Below, one piece after another: positions 61,049 to 64,000 of a DNA stretch of 64,000 bases; within the stretch, counting starts at the first letter, position 1; each line of letters begins with the position of its first letter. The notes beneath the pieces are model-generated. The model ran no database searches. It was given only the letters and a program-made list of their open reading frames with translations, and had not been told where the DNA came from. A program made the position numbers and the translations under genes. This DNA is from Selaginella moellendorffii (lineage: Eukaryota > Plantae > Lycopodiophyta), in contig NW_003314421.1 of assembly GCF_000143415.4 (NCBI RefSeq), forward strand, positions 182,264 through 246,263, written 5' to 3'.

Positions 61049-62234
61049 AGCTCAAGTCTCTAAATCAAGCTCACAAGGCTGTGAAGAGATTGACTCAGCT
61101 CCGTGATAAAAAGCAGTTCCCTCAAGACCTTCGCATTCGTGTGCCAAAGCTTGAGGTGACCTCTCACGGTCAGGAACTTCTTGATGCCAGCATCAAAGCA
61201 ATCCACGAACAATACTTGAAGGACCTTCTTGATTCTCTGCTCAAGGCACGAGAGGCTGAGGCTGCTACCCTTGCGGATCTCATCAACCATGGACTCTCTC
61301 AACGTTTTAATGATCGAATGGATGATTTTGTTCACTGTGCTTTGCAGGCTTGTGGCAATGCACAACGAGAGGCTGTCACACATACTCTCAATGCCCGCAA
61401 GCATCAGTTGATAGCTGAATACCAACGTGCGACTGCAATTGGAGCAGTGGCATATGGAGTTGAGGAGAGCAAAAAGGAAAATGCTCGCAAGCAAAGGGAA
61501 GCTGCAGAGGATGCTGCACGAGCCAAGGCGGAGACACTGCCCAAGGAAGACACTGTTAAGATGCTTGTCCAGAGCTGCTTTGACAAGATGTGGAAGGAGA
61601 GGGAGCGTGGAATTCCGAGACAACACCACGAAGATGCTGGCAGAGGCACCAGATCACAAGGCAAACGACAGCAAAGGACGGATCACTCCACATACGTGAA
61701 GCAGGCTCTTCAAAGACACGCAAGGTTTCTCTCCCCAGTGGTGAACGTGACGTTACCCATGGACGGCAGGGAAACGAGCAGGGGCAGAATGTGGTTACTG
61801 GGACTCCTCCCACCCATTCCGATGCCCCGGGTTTTTCTTCAAGGGGTCCCTTGCACCGGCAATCTCCAACCGTGCTTGGTTCCCAGCCAGCCATGACTGG
61901 CAGAGGTGGCCAACGCCAGTCTCGAGGAAACGGTCGACCCCCACGGTCCCAACCGAACTGGCCAAGCGAGGGCACCAGACTACACCACGACCTCCTCCAG
62001 GAGCCCAACAACGCCAGCCAACTCAGAACCAGAAACCACCTTCACCTCCCAGAGGACAAGAGATGCAGCCCTCACAGCACCACAACAACACCCCACTCCA
62101 CGAACGAACCCAACGCTATGGCTGGGGAAGAAACTCGCCTCCACAGCAACACCCGCACTCTCCAGTTACGGCAGTGCCTGTGGACAGAAAAGGCAAGGCA
62201 AAAGTTTCTGGCTACCTTTGATTGCCCCGCATGA
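61049..62234 (+). CDS. Upstream ORF1 of the Penelope-like element (coiled coil, basic tail; 5' end in the gap; frame junction uncertain)
   Basis: Helical, charged peptide EESKKENARKQREAAEDAARAKAE directly upstream of the PLE RT; overlapping frame-3 ORF 61590-62234. Confidence 0.6.
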
Positions 62235-63939
62235 AGCTTTACTTCATTTTGCCGGCAATCAAAAAGTTTCCCAGCTAGAAAATAGAGTGGAGATTGGTGC
62301 TGTTCACAATTTGTCTTCTCGCATGTTGAGTGCCGCTGAAAAGCGCCTCCTTGCTCTTGGGCTCTCATTCATTCCTAATCCAGTGCCTCTCACGGCCAAA
62401 AAGATTATGGAATGCTTAGATGACTTTCAACGCTCAGTCCGTCTTCGTCATTCGTTTAAGGACAGCAACAGTCTTATATCAGAGTTTCGGGTTCCCAACC
62501 CAAACTTTGATCCTCCCCCTGCTTCCTGGCACATGGAGTCACGAGTTGCCCGCATTCGAGAGCACCTTCTCCAACGTCTTTCCTGTTGTAAAAGACCTCG
62601 ATCTTTTCTAAGAGGATGGAGACGTGATGCAGTCCTTGCGCTGCGACACGATCATAGTATTGTGATTAAGCCAGCCGACAAAAACCTCGGCGTAGTTGTT
62701 CTGGACCGCACGTGGTACATTCAAGAGGCTATGCGCCAACTCAATGATCCTCTTGTCTACAAGAGAGTTGAGTCGATTCCACATCAACCCATGCATGAGC
62801 GCCTCCTCGAACTTCTCCTGAAGTATAAATCTTGCTCGTGGCTGGACAAGAACACAGCCAAGTACCTCACCACTTTTCCCTCACCTCCACGTAAAGCTTG
62901 TTTGTTGTATTTTCTTCCAAAAATACATAAGCAGCCAATTCGTGGGAGACCAATTGCTAGCTATGTTGGCTACATTTGGGAGCCACTTGCAAAATGGCTT
63001 CACCGCCAACTTTTTGGCATTCTCCTCCAACAGGAAACCTTTCTTATGGACTCCCACACCCTCCATGATCTTCATAAACAACAGCTCCCAAAAGACTGCC
63101 TCCTCTTCACTTTTGATGTGGAGTCGCTCTACCCGAGCATTCCCACACGTGAAGGGCTCTATCGCCTCCATAAATTTGTATATACAAATTTTGGAGATTC
63201 AAGGCAAGCACGCTTTATCATGGCTGCTGCAGGACTCATCCTTGAACACAATTATGTTGAGTTCGATGGGAGTTATTTCCTTCAAATCCGAGGCACTGCT
63301 ATGGGGTCAAACTTTGCTGTGGTGTATGCTTGCCTTTTTCTTTGCTCCCTCGAGGACGAGTTTAAGGCCACCTCTCCTAAATGGCCAATATATCTTAAGA
63401 GATATATTGACGATGGTGTCGGAATTTGGGATGGATCAAAAGAGAGCTTGGAATGCTGGTTGGCTAGCTATGGAAGCCTCTGCAATTCTATAAAAATCAC
63501 CTCAGTGATCTCATTTGAATCTATGGATATTCTAGACATCCATTTTTTCAAAGGCCCACGCTTTGAGAAATGCAGGTGCCTAGACTCCACCACCTTTCAA
63601 AAGCCACTAAATGCATACCAATATCTTCCATGGAACTCAACGCATCCTCGACACCAAAAGATTGCCTTCATTCGTGCTGAACTTCAGCGTTACCTCCTAC
63701 GAGAGAGTAACCCTGAGAGCTTCTGTGCAATTCGCAAGCTTTTCTATACTCGTCTCCGTGCACGTGGATACCCAAGAGCCTTCCTTATTGAAGCTTTCTG
63801 GACAATCCATTATACAGACCGAGATAATGTGCTCTACTCTCCATCACGCAAATCCAGTAGCAATAGTCTACAGGCCCCCCTCATTTTCAAGCTGCCTTAT
63901 ACTCTCCATAGTGCAGCACTTGATGTGGGGACACCCTAA
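61906..63939 (+). CDS. Penelope-like element reverse transcriptase without GIY-YIG endonuclease (Athena/Coprina-type)
   Basis: IVIKPADKNLGVVV, YFLPKIHK..RGRPI, FTFDVESLYPSIP, QIRGTAMGS.FA, RYIDD, YLPWNSTHP, RARGYP; ORF open throughout and ends shortly after LIFKLPY at a TAA within CCCTAAA. Confidence 0.93.
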   Translation: MANASLEETVDPHGPNRTGQARAPDYTTTSSRSPTTPANSEPETTFTSQRTRDAALTAPQQHPTPRTNPTLWLGKKLASTATPALSSYGSACGQKRQGKSFWLPLIAPHEALLHFAGNQKVSQLENRVEIGAVHNLSSRMLSAAEKRLLALGLSFIPNPVPLTAKKIMECLDDFQRSVRLRHSFKDSNSLISEFRVPNPNFDPPPASWHMESRVARIREHLLQRLSCCKRPRSFLRGWRRDAVLALRHDHSIVIKPADKNLGVVVLDRTWYIQEAMRQLNDPLVYKRVESIPHQPMHERLLELLLKYKSCSWLDKNTAKYLTTFPSPPRKACLLYFLPKIHKQPIRGRPIASYVGYIWEPLAKWLHRQLFGILLQQETFLMDSHTLHDLHKQQLPKDCLLFTFDVESLYPSIPTREGLYRLHKFVYTNFGDSRQARFIMAAAGLILEHNYVEFDGSYFLQIRGTAMGSNFAVVYACLFLCSLEDEFKATSPKWPIYLKRYIDDGVGIWDGSKESLECWLASYGSLCNSIKITSVISFESMDILDIHFFKGPRFEKCRCLDSTTFQKPLNAYQYLPWNSTHPRHQKIAFIRAELQRYLLRESNPESFCAIRKLFYTRLRARGYPRAFLIEAFWTIHYTDRDNVLYSPSRKSSSNSLQAPLIFKLPYTLHSAALDVGTP

Positions 63940-63948
63940 ACCCTAAAC
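63933..63948 (-). repeat. Telomeric repeat (CCCTAAA)2 on the PLE sense strand
   Basis: accctaaaccctaaac overlapping the RT stop codon at 63937-63939. Confidence 0.85.
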
Positions 63949-64000
63949 AGGTGATTTCTGAAGGCCCATCCGCAGGGCGGCCCCCGATGCGGCAAACAGA

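Noticed and set aside
60700-61896. 398-aa ORF
   Set aside because: Spans the N gap and fuses LTR sequence to PLE ORF1; only the part after 61049 is meaningful.
63958-63997. Hammerhead ribozyme (CTGAAGG...CAAAC)
   Set aside because: Core deviates from CUGANGA...GAAA and the flanking stems cannot be established within the window.

Overview
Eukaryotic, land-plant, transposon-rich and heavily rearranged DNA. Plant-type TTTAGGG repeats, PLS-class PPR fragments and ~50-60 nt introns suggest a lycophyte such as Selaginella (inference). Mobile elements: a full-length L1/Tx1-type LINE with a 16-bp TSD plus three partial relatives; three copies of a small non-autonomous LTR element (TRIM) whose LTRs carry a 5S rRNA internal-promoter segment (Cassandra-like); a complete Ty1/copia with very short LTRs inside a CDKAL1/MtaB pseudogene; Ty3/gypsy remnants and nested or solo LTRs containing minisatellites; and, after an assembly gap, a Penelope-like RT with no endonuclease whose stop codon lies inside telomeric repeats. 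Host-derived sequence: three copies of a PPR-fragment + molybdate transporter (MOT1-family) pseudogene cassette, an F-box fragment, and one apparently intact spliced Crinkler-type coiled-coil/NTPase/PD-(D/E)xK nuclease gene. The 43-61 kb region is a patchwork of near-identical inverted duplications. Several junctions are filled with short telomeric tracts whose unbroken donor sequences survive elsewhere in the window, pointing to repeated chromosome-end healing and re-extension. All alignments and identities were judged by eye.
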